64,000 nucleotides of DNA from Octopus sinensis (GCF_006345805.1 NC_043003.1:39370001-39434000); one strand, 5' to 3'. Shown: positions 13,585-27,510, counted from the first letter of the stretch. Program-made: numbers and translations. Notes: a model not told the origin generated them from the letters alone.

Positions 13585-13586
<2 letters not shown>
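13278..13586 (-). mobile_element. tRNA-derived SINE (OK/OR-like class of octopus SINEs), full length
   Basis: Minus strand reads GGAGGCGCAATGGCACAGTGGTTAGGG...GGTTTCGATTCCCAG (A and B boxes). Close relative of the copy at 63329-63640. Confidence 0.85.
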
Positions 13587-13674
<88 letters not shown>

Positions 13675-13988
13675 ATATATATATTATATATAATTTCAAC
13701 AATTGAGGGTAAAATTAATTAATTAATCAATTTCACCAAGTATTCAGTATGCAAAGGGACCATTTAAGGCGAATTCAAATTATTACATTATATAAAAGGG
13801 CTTAGTAAAATAAATTACTTTGCCGCATACTGAACTCATTAGAGTTATTTGCGTGAGTTGAATTGAGCAAACACTATATGAGAGAGGTTTTCTTTAAGTA
13901 TTAGAAATAGTTTTTTAAAAAAGTTTTTTAGCTGCTGTTTCTAATGAGTTCAGTATGCGGCAAAGTAATTTATTTTACTAAGCCCTTT

Positions 13989-14050
<62 letters not shown>

Positions 14051-14051
14051 A

Positions 14052-14090
<39 letters not shown>

Positions 14091-14248
14091 TATATGTTAC
14101 ATTACTCGATAGTCAAGATAAAACTCTGAGTTTCAGATGCCGAGTTTTATCTTGACTATCGAGTAATGTAACATATAATTGTATAGATAAATTTCCTCTA
14201 TTTACATAATATTGAGGTCTCTTTCTTTTGTTATCTTACCGTTTTACC

Positions 14249-14284
<36 letters not shown>

Positions 14285-14943
14285 AACATAGGTACGTGTG
14301 CCTGTATGTATATTTGTCTATGTATCTATGTACGTATATACACACACACAAACGTGAGGAAAGAGTACTTTGTTCATAAGGCAGATATAATAGCAACAAT
14401 TAAAAACAGATTTCACGTTGTCGTTACTCCAAGTTTTACGGTGCACAAAGCGGTTTAATGCCGTGTTTTCCTATATCCCTATATTCCCATATGTAGAGAG
14501 ACAGATGAGGGGAGAAGAAAGGGCAGTAGATAATTGAGAGAAATGAAAGGCAGGAGAAAAACCAAGCATGTATGAAAGCTGGAGTTAAGTTTGGTGAAAG
14601 CCCGCATTTGTGTGCATATATGTTCATATTTCTGTTAGTTTATACGTGTGTACTTGCACTTATATATCTATATATGTATGTATATGTGAATGTATGTACG
14701 TTATATATATATATATATATGCATGCATATAAGTATTTATGTAATTTTGGGTGTAGTGGTATAATAACGAAAAATTGTCGGCATGTACACTATGTTAATT
14801 CGATTGCCTCTTAGTTCAGTCGTTAATAATTTCATCATGCTGTTAACCTCACCCGTTCTGAATGCTTGATGGGTTTGCGTACTTCGAACATAATAACACC
14901 TATTTACACGGGCGTATATATTTCATGCATATTTATACTCGCT

Positions 14944-14975
<32 letters not shown>

Positions 14976-14982
14976 TGTATGT

Positions 14983-15105
<123 letters not shown>

Positions 15106-15135
15106 TAGATATATGCATATATATATATATATATT

Positions 15136-15179
<44 letters not shown>

Positions 15180-15347
15180 CATATATATACATATATATAT
15201 ATGTATATATATATGCACACACACAGATACACATATGTGTGTGTGTGCGTGTGTGTGTGTGTGTGTGTTCACGAACAGGCTGTTCTGTTGATCGGATCAA
15301 CAGAACCCTCGTCGTCGAAACCGACAGAGTGTCACGATATATATATG

Positions 15348-15408
<61 letters not shown>

Positions 15409-16207
15409 GTCTAGGGAGAGTCATTCTCTCTTAGTGCATTATTATTTAACACACTCAACGGTTCAGTTTCCACTCCTTTACTTGCAAAATTTGCAGTAGT
15501 CGTTGACTCTGTTCGTTATCCGAGCTGTGTTCTTTTTGACCATATACACGCACACACTTCACACAAGGACACATATGGAGACACACATCAATGCATAACA
15601 GACGCACGTACATAGTTACAAAAAAAAACCATACACAGACACACTCAGTCATGGGCACACAAGGAGACAGAGGTACACACACAAATACACACACAAACAC
15701 ATACACACACACATACACGCACGTACAAACACACAGACGCTAACAAACACATAAATATGCAGAATACATACATACAAACGTACATACATGCACGCATATA
15801 GATATATATATATACATACACACAGACACACATACATGTATATGCACACATACATGCATACATACACACCTACATACATACATACATACATACATACAAA
15901 CATACATACATATGTGTTTGTGCTCTGACCCATACGCATATGCACAAACAAACAAAAGGAAGGCAGCCTGGATAACGGACAGAGTCAACGCGATTATTGA
16001 AAAGGTTGCAAGACACAACGAAAATTTTAGAAAAAAAAAATAAATGAGTGGAAATTGAATCCGTAAGTGTGTTAAATAAGGCACTAATAGAGAATGACTC
16101 TCCCCAGACAACAAAATATACTTCAACACACGAACTCACGTAAAGAATCTTGCAAACCAATCCATAAACGAAATGTGTGTGTGTGCGTGCATGTGTGTTT
16201 GTGTATA

Positions 16208-17061
16208 CAGAGTGCGGTGAATAAACTGTCGTCTAAGTTATGCATTTTAACAGATATATTTGCCAAAATTACATAAAAATATCTTGAAATACTAAAGCGT
16301 AAATTTATTCAATAAAATCACTATTGGCTTCAACCATAACCATCAGGCGACTTTGGAATCTCCTGCAACTCTTTTGGACGGTCTCCTTGTTTAAGTTGGT
16401 AAATGTTGCTCTAATTCTTGCCTTCAGTTCATCTTTGGTGTTACAAGGAGTTTTGTTGGTCTCTCGCTCAACTGCGCCCCACACATAATAATCAAGGGTG
16501 TTGCAGTCTGGAGCGTTAAGTGGCCAGATGTCAAGGGTGGATGTGGTCGCAGAAATTTTCTGACAGCCATGACTGGTTCCTCCTGTTTGTGTGGCATGGT
16601 GCAGAGTGCTGTTGCCAGACATAGGGACTTCCAGCAATTACCCTCTTGACCCAGGGCAGCATTACCTCCTCCAGGCACTTGATATAGGCCTCCGTGTTGA
16701 GTCTGAGACCGTGTGGGAAGATCATTGGAAGTATACGTCGCGGTCACTAGTGATCACTTCAAATACCATGATGTTGACTGGATGTTCAATTTTTATTAAT
16801 CTCGGTACATGCCATCAGAATGTATTGTCCTCAGACTGACACCCAAACACTCTGAAATGTTCGTATTGGAGCTTCCGGCGCGAATGCCCAACATGTCGTT
16901 TCCAAATTTCTGGCAACGCGAATTCCATAATGGTGAAGGTTTACTCATAGACGGTGCCCAACTGACCCAACTATACTGTGTAGTCGACAAAATCATAACA
17001 AACAATGTGCATGCACGAAATTAAAACTATAAGATTGTGAAAATTTACCCATCTCACCCTG
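16208..17061 (-). mobile_element. Internally deleted maT (DD37D) Tc1/mariner relic
   Basis: TA-flanked CAG(A/G)GTG ends. Frameshifted transposase PYVWQQ(H/D)SAPCH...WPLNAPDCNTLDYYVWG with 37 residues between the second and third catalytic positions. Confidence 0.85.
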
Positions 17062-17508
17062 TATGTGTGCGTATATATATATATACAAAATGAGAAAATG
17101 GAGAAACATACCTAAATCAATCATCAACCATCAGATAATACCCAATCAATACTTTATTAAACCATTACACAACAGCAATGACATTATACATAATATATTA
17201 CAAATATAACTAGACATAGAAAAAGAAATAGAATATACAACTACAATGTAGCTCAGCTACATTGTAATTGTATATTCTATTTCTTTTTCTATGTCTAGTT
17301 ATATTTGTAATATATTATGTATAATTTTCTCATTTTGTATTATTAATTTACGGTAATAATTTTACCCTTGCCCACATAATACAGTAGATGAATTAATTGC
17401 ATCGCAATTTTTAACATTTATGTATTAGTTTTGTTGGGTACCTCTCTAGCAGTATATTGGATATATGTTATCCCATGGACGGTTGAATTTACAACCCCTA
17501 TCTCATTT

Positions 17509-17540
<32 letters not shown>

Positions 17541-17692
17541 CCGGAGTAAACATATAAATGTGAAACAAGGTGGAAAAAAGAGTACTCAAATACCAGTGGT
17601 AGAGTAATATGCTTTATTTAAAGCAGCAGAAAATTCAACAAAACCTGTTACTCTGAGTTTCCCGTTGCCGTTCATCGGACAGTTTTTGCTAG
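17541..17692 (-). mobile_element. Penelope-like element terminal remnant with a decayed minimal hammerhead (17640-17687)
   Basis: Minus strand: aaaaactgt CCGATGA acg gcaa cgg GAA ACTC a GAGT A acaggtttt. Confidence 0.65.
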
Positions 17693-18171
17693 AATGGAAC
17701 TGATATGTCAATTCTATCCAGACTATTACAAACGCTACACCTTTAAAAAAAAATATATATATATATATATTTAAAATATTTAGGAAAATACTTGATACAG
17801 TTATAATATTTAGAGAAAGATTTTTTTCAAAAAGTTACGATTAAGAAAAAAAACTTTTAGAGATGGTACTAAATGGTACTAACCTTTAGGAAGGAATTTC
17901 ACAAATTGTGCGTAGGCATTAATAAACGTGCAAGCGCTTTCGTGCTTGATAGCGCTGGGAACTGAAAGCGCTTGCACTTTTATTAAAGCCTGCACACAAT
18001 TTGTGAAATTCCTTCCCAAAGTTTAGTACCATTCTACTCTCTAAAGAGTATTTTTCTTAATCTTAACTTTTTGAGAAAAATCTTTCTCTAAATACACACA
18101 CACACACACACATACACATATATATATATAATTAGAGCGCGCTTCTCTTTCGGATTTATGATATACTGGCG

Positions 18172-18202
<31 letters not shown>

Positions 18203-18616
18203 CGTGTGTGTGTATGTATGATGTATGTACGTACATATGGAATTTCTTGTTATTCTTTTAAAACTACATTTCTTTAAGTACCAGGAAACGACCCCTACAG
18301 GCACACACACACGCACATACACACACACACACACACACGCGCGCAAGCACCCACCCACGCATACATTTAATTACTCGTAGATGCCAGCCCCAGGAGAAAC
18401 AATAGTTAAGCTATTTTTAGCGTAGAGTAAGTGTACGTGACCGAGAAATATCGAGACATCCGGAATTTACCGAAAGCCTTGAGCTAAAGCTTTAAATGTC
18501 TGTAACACAGCAGGATATTTAGTGAATAAAACAATTAATATTTTAATACTAAATTAACTACTTTTATTAAAATCTTGTTTGTTTTTTATATAATTATATA
18601 TATATATATATATATA

Positions 18617-18920
<304 letters not shown>

Positions 18921-19176
18921 TCGTGTTTTGCGTCTGTATGTATATACACACGTACGTACCTGCATATGCCTATATAATTTTATACGTACACGCATACAGA
19001 CACGCGCACACACACATACATATATATGTGTATATGTAGGGATGTAATGTATGAACGTGTGCGAACTAATATGTGTATGAGTACATACGCACACATACGT
19101 GTGCATGGGCATGTGTGTGCATATATATATATATATGTTATGTATATCACAATGCTTTATTACATATCAAATATGT

Positions 19177-19620
19177 AAGGCGGCGAGCTGGCAGAAATGT
19201 TAGCGCGCCGGGCGAAATGCTTATCGGTATTTCGTCTGTGGTTACGTTCTGATTTCAAATTCCGCTGAGGCCGACTTTGCCTTTCATCCTTTCGGGGTCA
19301 ATTAAATAAGTACCAGTTACGCACTGGGGGTCGATGTAATCGACTTAATCCGTTTGTCTGTCCTTGTTTGTCCTCTCTGTGTTTAGCCCCTTGTGGGTAG
19401 TAAAGAAATAGGTATTTCGTCTGCCGCTACGTTTTGAGTTCAAATTCCACCGAGGTCGATTTTGCTTTTCCTCCTTTCGGGGTCGACTGAATAAGTACAA
19501 GTTACGCCCCAGTCGAGGTCGACTTTGCCTTTCGGGGTAGATAAATTAAGTTCCAGTTGCCTACTGGGAGTCGATCAAATCGACTGATCCCCCTCCCCAA
19601 AATTTTCGGGCCTCGTGTCT
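19177..19620 (+). mobile_element. Meta-like SINE, composite with repeated core
   Basis: taaggcggcgagctggcagaaatgttagc head; core repeated at about 19250-19320 and 19430-19560. Confidence 0.8.
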
Positions 19621-19870
19621 AGACTAAGAAAGATTATATATAGTATAAGTGTGTGTAGCACTTTTATAAACGTTAGCTATTAAGTGTTAGCCGAAGTTAG
19701 CTCATGTTTCTTAACTGTTGATTTAAATATGCAGTCTGTTGGAGATTTATAAGACCGGTGTTTTTTTTTTTTTCTGATATCCTACCTTTAAGCTCTTTTT
19801 TGCTTTATTTTCCTCTAATTTCTCCAGTTTACGCTTCTTATTTATGAGCATTTTATTTTAGGATTCACAT

Positions 19871-19913
<43 letters not shown>

Positions 19914-20130
19914 GTTCTATGTATTTTATATTCTATTATTGTGACCTTTATTTGAATAGCTGCATATCTTTTCTTTAGCCCAGTGACTTTTGAAGTAAAG
20001 ATACATATGTAAAATAATAAAATTATTGCAGTTGACTCATAAAAGTACCGTGTGAAACAGTTAAATCCAAGGAAACTAGGAATGGTCTGCGTCGGCGTTT
20101 AGTGGGTGCAATTATTGGCAAAGTGAAATA

Positions 20131-20315
20131 CGAAGGGTGTGCTGAAAATTTCCTGGTTTGGGGCAAAAGAAAATATAGGAGGTTCAGTTAATTATTATTC
20201 AACATATTCCCTTCTCACATTCACACACTAATCCTTCAGTCTTTCTAAGCCCTGTAAAATAACTCGACAAGTTGGGCCTCCTACAAGGACTTTCACGATA
20301 CCCTTAAAACCAGTA
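20131..20315 (-). mobile_element. Mariner 3'-end fragment
   Basis: TA + CGAAGGGTGTGCTGAAAA terminus, resembling the TIR of the element at 50961, followed by caacatattccct typical of a mariner C-terminal end on the minus strand. Confidence 0.5.
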
Positions 20316-20367
20316 CCCACCTCGAAAATTATTTTACTGTGAAGAAGAGAAGTTTAAAAGTTTAAAT

Positions 20368-20936
20368 CAGCGGTTCTCAACTGGGGTCCATATGACCATT
20401 TGGCTCTTGTGGGGTGCATGTAAGATTTTGTTGTTCAAATTTATGTACAATAAATTGGTTCTTCTACAATACAAAAAATATTTTAATGTTTTTAAGCAAT
20501 TTGTAATAATATTGAATTTTTTAAAAAAAAGGACAGTAAGATTTCTTAAAGGAGGCATAATGGCCCAGTGGTTAGGGCAGCGGACTCGCGGTCGGAGGAT
20601 CGTGGTTTCGATTCCCAGACCGGGCGTTGTGTGTATTTATTGAGCGAAAACACCTAAAGCTTCACGAGGCTTCAGCAGGGGGTGGTGGTGACCCCTGTTG
20701 TACTCTTTCGCCCCAATTTTCTCTCTCTTTATTCCTGTTTCTTGAGTAACGCTGCAATGGACTGGCGGGGGGGACACATACACCATAGAAACCGGGAAAC
20801 CGGGCCCATGAGCCTGGCTAGGCTTGAAAAGGGCGCACAAATAAATAATAAGACTTCTTATATATATTGAATGGCTATGGGGATCCAGTAGAATAAAATA
20901 GGAGATCCATAGGCAAAAAATGGTTGAAAATTACGG
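20368..20936. mobile_element. hAT-type MITE with 8-bp TSD, interrupted by a SINE
   Basis: Left TIR CAGCGGTTCTCAAC; decayed right TIR gttgaaaattacgg; flanks gtttaaat / gtttaaaa (7 of 8 match). Confidence 0.65.
20551..20848 (+). mobile_element. tRNA-derived SINE nested in the hAT MITE
   Basis: Same tRNA head as 13278 and 63329 but a different 3' half. TSD-like taagatttcttaaa (20537-20550) / taagacttcttata (20849-20862). Confidence 0.8.
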
Positions 20937-21807
20937 GTTTAAAACAAAACCATTAGAAACCTCATTCTCACAGCAAAAGCAAAATGGATAACCTTGTCAT
21001 TTTCTGTGCTGGAGAGCCAGTTTCCTTCATTGCTTTTAAACTTAGAATTGTTATCATTAAAATGTTTCCTTGGTGATCCCCCAACGACAACGATTTGTAG
21101 AGTCGTTGAGCGTCGGTTTTTGGTTCGAATCTCAGTGAACTCAATTCTAAATCCAACGGGTCCAACGTTGCTTTTAATCCCCTTCAGGGTTGATAAAATA
21201 AATCCCATTTCAGGATTCTTTTTTTTTTTTTTTTTTGCCAAAATTGTAAAAGCTGGATACGGATGTCTTGCAGTATTTGTTTCGGCTGTTTGCCTTCTGA
21301 ATTCAAATTTTTCCATAGCCTACATAGGTGAAATACTTAATTCATCGACCGCTTTGCCAACACCACCTGATATCTTGCGTGCTTTGAGCGGAGTTCACCC
21401 AGTTGAAGTACTTGAAATAGGTTTCCGATTTGAGGATAACTTTCTGTCTCCCCACACCAATCACGGGTGTCCTGTAAAGGGTCATAGGCAACAGTACTAA
21501 AGACTACATCACGAAGACTGACCTTCTGTGCAGCCAGAAAATACTTTAGCTTCCAAAAATTGCTAACATAATACAAAGGTAAAGCTCAAATGCGACATAC
21601 AGTGTAGTACCGCTTCCACATTTCGGACAGTACAGTTAACGTGGACAAAAAATATGCTAGACCACACCTTCATCCCAAAAGCTACCCAACTATTGGCATG
21701 AAATTGTTATCACATTCCAACTCCTGACTAACAACAGTTCTCTTTACTCATCTACCTTTTTCTCTACCTTTTTCATAAGAAACTAAAAGGATATAAACAA
21801 TGTGGAG

Positions 21808-21819
21808 ATGAGCAGCAAG
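21808..21819 (+). CDS. TnC: Troponin C, tentative coding exon 1 (M-S-S-K)
   Basis: ATG AGC AGC AAG followed by GTACAC gives a phase-0 donor that fits the phase-0 start of exon 2. It lies 577 bp upstream of exon 2. The donor is weak, and the true first exon could lie elsewhere (for example ATG only). Confidence 0.4.
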
Positions 21820-21843
21820 GTACACTACCTATATATACATACA

Positions 21844-21936
<93 letters not shown>

Positions 21937-22396
21937 TAATTGTATAGAATACAATTATAATTAAGGGCGCGTATATATTAGAAAGAATGCGTCAACGTTT
22001 AGTTGGCTTCTAAGTATAAGGCCAACTGCAATAACTTCAATCAACTGCAACGAACCTCACATTAATACTGACATTCAAAACTGCAAGGCTAAATTCTAAT
22101 TCTAAGCCTTACTCCAACCTTTAACACCAAACCATAAGCCATAAACGTAAACCTGACTACTTCTGCTGTGGTCTTCATTGGTTTGTAAATGTAACAAACG
22201 TCCAGGTCTAGAGCCCTATTACCATTGTTAGTCACAGCTCACCCGCATGTTTGTAAAATAACGTTGAGACTTTTGTGTGCTTGTTTAGAGTTCTTGTAAT
22301 TGATGAAGGCTTGCAAATTGAGCTGATTATACATGTTCCAACCTTTGTATATCTTACGAGATATCTAACGAGATGTTATTTTTTTATATTTTACAG

Positions 22397-22421
22397 GGAG
22401 TCACAGATAAACAAGTAAACG
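22397..22421 (+). CDS. TnC: Troponin C exon 2, 25-nt microexon (GVTDKQVN-D)
   Basis: Acceptor tttttttatattttacag with upstream ctaac branch-like motif; donor G|gtaagg. Phase 1 end joins exon 3 (G+AT = Asp). The peptide resembles the V(T/S)(D/E)KQxND N-terminus of molluscan troponin C as I recall it. Confidence 0.85.
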
Positions 22422-23294
22422 GTAAGGCTTTCTATGGTACAATTTATTATACCACTTCTATTTGTTCTCTTCTTTTTTTTTTTATTAGAAAGCGAATCCT
22501 CCTTACATCTCTAATATGATTATAAATAAAGGAACCTTTTTCAATACTCTTCCGAAGTAAAAAGGCACGATTCGGTAACTATTTTACAAAGTGTGAAAAA
22601 CGACAATAACCGCAGGTGTAACTTTACAGTGAATTAATAAATGCATTTCATAAAAGAAAACATATTTACTATTGATATAATTTGACAGGCTATCTAAAAA
22701 CTTCCTACCGAATTTATCTGTTGGGAAAATAGAATTTGTTTCTCTTTGATGTTTTTGTATCTTGTTTAGTCCCTTTTTAATGCCGGTACTGAAACCCTGA
22801 GTCCTTACACGTTTACGCTTAATTTTGTGGATGTAACCAGAGAAAGTTGAAAGACGTTAGGACCTAGTTAAGCTGGATTTTGCTTCCAAATCAGCATCAG
22901 TGTAAGGTGGCATTCTCTCTTCTTGAAAGGTATGCTAGTAGGACAAAGTTTGCGCCAAAATCCAAATTAATCAAATTATTTTGATATCTGAAAGAAACCT
23001 AGTTTTCTAAGAGCAAACAATATTATGTACAGCGTTGACGAAGGATTATATCCTCCGTTATACGGAATGTAAACAAATTCTACCAACTGTAGATATCCGA
23101 ATATCTTTGGTTTCCAAAGCTGTTCCTTCTTGAAATATAGATATTTAGTACAAAATTTCGATAAAGAAACTTTTATGCATAAAGGTGGTGAACTTACTAT
23201 TGTAAGGTATCACCTTCAGTTACTATTGTTGGTTTTAGAAAATCTATATCAGCACGAGATTGCTACGAGATGCCACCCACATTTATTATCAATT

Positions 23295-24043
23295 AAGGCG
23301 GCAAACTGAAAAGAATCGTTAGAACGCCGGTTAAAATGCTTAGTGGTCTTCCTTCCGGTTTTGTTCAAATGTTGCCGAGATCATCTTTACTTTTCATTCT
23401 TTCGGGGTCGCTGAAATAAATACCACTTGGATACTGTGGGTTAATGTGATCGACTGCTCCCTCCCTTCAAAGTTGTTAGTCTTATTTCCAAGATCAGAAA
23501 CAATTATTTCTTACTTATGGTCAAATTTATACTAACACAGTGTTTCTGTTAGATATCATTACTCATAGTGTATTTTCCTTTCTTGATAATGAAATCCGTA
23601 TCAAGGCTAAAGTAACAACTACAGTTGTCATATTTTGTTTTTCTCAATTCTGTCGTCATTCAAGATTCCCACAAGGAATTACATGCAGTTATGAAAAGCT
23701 TAACAAAGTCTTCAAGAATGGGCGAACGTGGGAATCACTAAGTGGTCACATCCTATCATCATAAAAAAAAAGGAAGAATACATTTGATAACTTAGTCGTA
23801 ATTAACCCCCAAATAATGCGAATCTGAATATACTGTCTGAAAAATTGAAAGGTTGATGAGGGTTGGTGGGAGCTAGTCTACTTCAATAACACTGACCCGG
23901 GGTTTAAACAACAACAAGACTAAAAGAGAAATAATTTATAATATATTTGTCGAATATATTCGTTGGGTTGAGATCTTTTATCGTGAAATTTCCACTAAAA
24001 ATACATATTTTTCATTCTTCTAGCTACAGAGCTGTGGTTATGT

Positions 24044-24129
<86 letters not shown>

Positions 24130-24650
24130 CCTGTGCATTTGTTTGAATGTGTTTGTATACATGCGCATACATATATACATACAAGAAATGTAAATCATAC
24201 GTGAGATGCATTGTATAATTCTCCTCACATCTAAAATACTGTTTCATAATCAACAACACTTCTCAAAGACTCTGCACTCAGGTTGGTTACACATTTTATC
24301 TCAGCAAAAAATCTATAGAATAACCAGGATTCATGCTATAAACTGGATCAATTCAAGTGACTACAATCTTCACCATGTAGATTTTTCTACCCTGTGCTTT
24401 CAACAAATCAATCAATATTTTAGCCTATTTTAAGGTGGTGAACTGGCAGAATCGTTAGCACGCTGAGTGAAATGCTTAGCAGCGTTTTGTCCATCCTTAC
24501 GCTCTGAGTTCAAATTCCACCGAGGTCGACTATGTCTATCATCCCTTCGGGATCGATAAAATAAATACCAGCTGAACACTGGGTTGATGTAATCGGCTTA
24601 TCCTCTTCCTTGAAATTTCTGGCCTTGTGCCAAAATTTGAAACCAATATT
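23295..24650 (+). mobile_element. Two intronic Meta-like SINE copies (about 23295-23500 and 24432-24650), sense to TnC
   Basis: taaggcggcaaactg... and taaggtggtgaactggcagaatcgttagc heads with cores. Confidence 0.75.
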
Positions 24651-25609
24651 TTTAGCATATTTAGACTGGCAATAATTGAAGTTCAAAAAAATTTGTAAAG
24701 ATATTGAGGTACCCGTCTACAGTATTATATTCATATTCGGTTTTATCAGCCGTGGCATAATTGGCCTCACAACACTCAGTTCTGTGTATCAAACTGTAGA
24801 ACTACCCTAGTAAGAGAGATAATATTTCTTCGTGAATAAATATATCGCCCAATATAAATATTTTTCAGAACATATTTCGGAATACATTACTTATGTTATG
24901 GAGCTACTTCTTATATGCAAATGCTATATGAAGGTACCACATATGATACAAAAGTGCTACACATGATATAAAGGTGTTAAATATAATGTAGAGGTACTGC
25001 CTGTGATATGGAGGTACTGTATAACTGGTGATACTTCGTATATGTTGAATACATAGTTTGTATGAACTGTAATAATGGCTAGATTTGAAAAAAGTTTAAC
25101 TATTTAGAGTGAACATCCACGTCTGATTCGTCCTTTTTTTTTTTTTCTTTTTCTCTCTTTTTTATTTTACTTGGTACATGGAGATATATTACTAAGCATT
25201 CCAAAATTATGGAAGTGAGGGCTAAATTTGAACCCAGAAACTTTGTTGTGAATTTCATTACTATTATCTAAACCATCATTTGCTTTAGGTTTTTAAAAAA
25301 AAACAGCATATATAACACATACAACAAAAAAAAACAAATATATAAGAGTAAAGAAAATGCAAAGTGCTCGAGTGAGAAAAAGTGAGAGTAAGTGAAAGAT
25401 TGCGTGTGCGTGCGCGTCATGTTTATGCGTGCGTGTGTGTATGTAAGTGTATGCGTATGTGTGTATGTGCATGCGTGCGTATGTGTGTACATGTAAGAAA
25501 GATCAGGAGCAAATAGTTGCATAATAAGCCCAAAACTTATGACATGCTATCATACTCCATCACTCTAGAATGTTCTCTGTCATGTTCTTTAAACTTTACC
25601 CCGTTTTAG

Positions 25610-25753
25610 ATGCCCAACAAGCTTTCAACTTGTTTGACAAGAAGGGAGACGGCGCGGTACCCACTAAAGAGTTGAATAATGTGTTTAAAAGTCTCGCCCT
25701 GCATGTTGCTGACCACAAACTGCAGTTGTGGGTTGACGAAATGGACGAGGAAG
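25610..25753 (+). CDS. TnC: Troponin C exon 3 (EF-hand I and start of II): DAQQAFNLFDKKGDGAVPTKELNNVFKSLALHVADHKLQLWVDEMDEE
   Basis: Acceptor ccgttttag, donor G|gtaagt, 144 nt, phase 1 to phase 1. EF-hand helix-loop-helix sequence. Confidence 0.95.
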
Positions 25754-26658
25754 GTAAGTATTTGAGACACATCTTTGTCGTCGTCTGTAACTGCAGCTCT
25801 ACATCATGTGTTGCCATATTTACGTCTGATATTTTCATGGAGGGTCTTGTGGCCTCTGTATATGTGTATGCATGTGTGTATATGTGTATGTTGGGTTATG
25901 AGTTTAATGTGAGATACACAACTGCACAACAGCTATACTATAAATCCATAGCAAAGACCAGAACGCTGATCAAATTTTGACGTTGACCAAAATAATATGT
26001 AGACACTGTTTTGAGATGGAATATTGCAGGGAACTACCGTCGACCTCTTCACACCCGTAGCAGAAACTGAACTCAGTATTGCCGAATGAAATATTCTTTC
26101 GTTCACACAGTAGTGGGATGCGTGAATGCAAAGCTATTAGTTACAGTAAGGTCAAATTTGCCTGAAGCAGTTGAGTTCTTAGTTATTGAAAGTGAGAATA
26201 CAGCACTATAACACACTATAGTGCTTCATATGACATAGCACAGCATTATTTAGTTTATAGTGTAATGCTACGTGAGACTGACATAACATAGTGCGTACCT
26301 CAGAGACATGGGAGTCTCTCCAACTCGAACCACCACTTTTCCGTAACGAAAGGTTACAGTTCCCTTTCTACTGACATATGATAAGAATGTCGTAGGAAAG
26401 ATTCGCAAGACAGATTCTACAAGCTGATCCAGCAGGCAGCCGACCTTAGAATAGACCAAGAACAAGACAGTTGGATAATATTCATTGGCTCAGTTGGTCA
26501 GGCCTAAGGAATCCATCTGGAAAGTCAAATGATGGCTACTTCTGGTAGGACCCTATGGAGGCGGTGCCTGAGGACTCTACCTCCACGACCTTCCTCAGGA
26601 ATAGTGAGCGAAGAGTATGGGAGGATAACAGTATATCAGTATTATATGGTAGTACACA

Positions 26659-26692
<34 letters not shown>

Positions 26693-27189
26693 ATGACTCA
26701 CAAAGTTTTGTTAAACTATCATAATTAACTATGCATGGCTGAATGGTTAAGAAGTTCGCTTCGCAAAATCCCAGGTTCGAATTGTATGCCGGGAAATACG
26801 GTGGTGCACCTGTCATTGGAAGGGCCAGTGTTGTCAACTATTACGGTACACAAATACTTCCTCCCAACTACTTTAAGGAAACACGTATCTTTGGGACACT
26901 TAGTCACTAATGCGTATATTCAAGCAAGCTGTGGTTCAGTTGATCAAACTTCTGAGTAATCATAGTCAATTCTATGAAAGAACTATAGATAAAGGAACCT
27001 TTTTAGTCCAAGGAAGCATTACAAGTGCATGAAAATCTGTAGCAGGGTGCATCTGTACTGTTATCAGCTTCTGTCATAAAAATGTGAACACAGCTTCCTG
27101 GAACAGTGTCAGCCTGGAGCTAAGCAACGTCACCATCTACCTACCTACCTACCTACCTACCTACCTACCTACCTACCTATCTATCTATA

Positions 27190-27239
<50 letters not shown>

Positions 27240-27447
27240 CTCTCTCTCTTTCTCTCTGTCCTCTTTCTCTCCCTTTTTTCTCTCTCTTCTCTCTCTCTCC
27301 ATCTCTTTATCTCTCTTTCAATCTATTTATCTGTTTTTCTATATACATGTGTCTATCTCTATCTCTGTATATCTATCTAACTGTCTTTTTTATGTCTGTC
27401 TAATACATTACTCATACGTACTTCCAACGAATAAATCTTTGATCTTT

Positions 27448-27510
<63 letters not shown>

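Noticed and set aside
13505-13586. tRNA gene calls for A-box/B-box heads (also 20551, 26743, 63329)
   Set aside because: They continue into SINE bodies and lack a complete acceptor stem, so they are tRNA-derived SINE heads.
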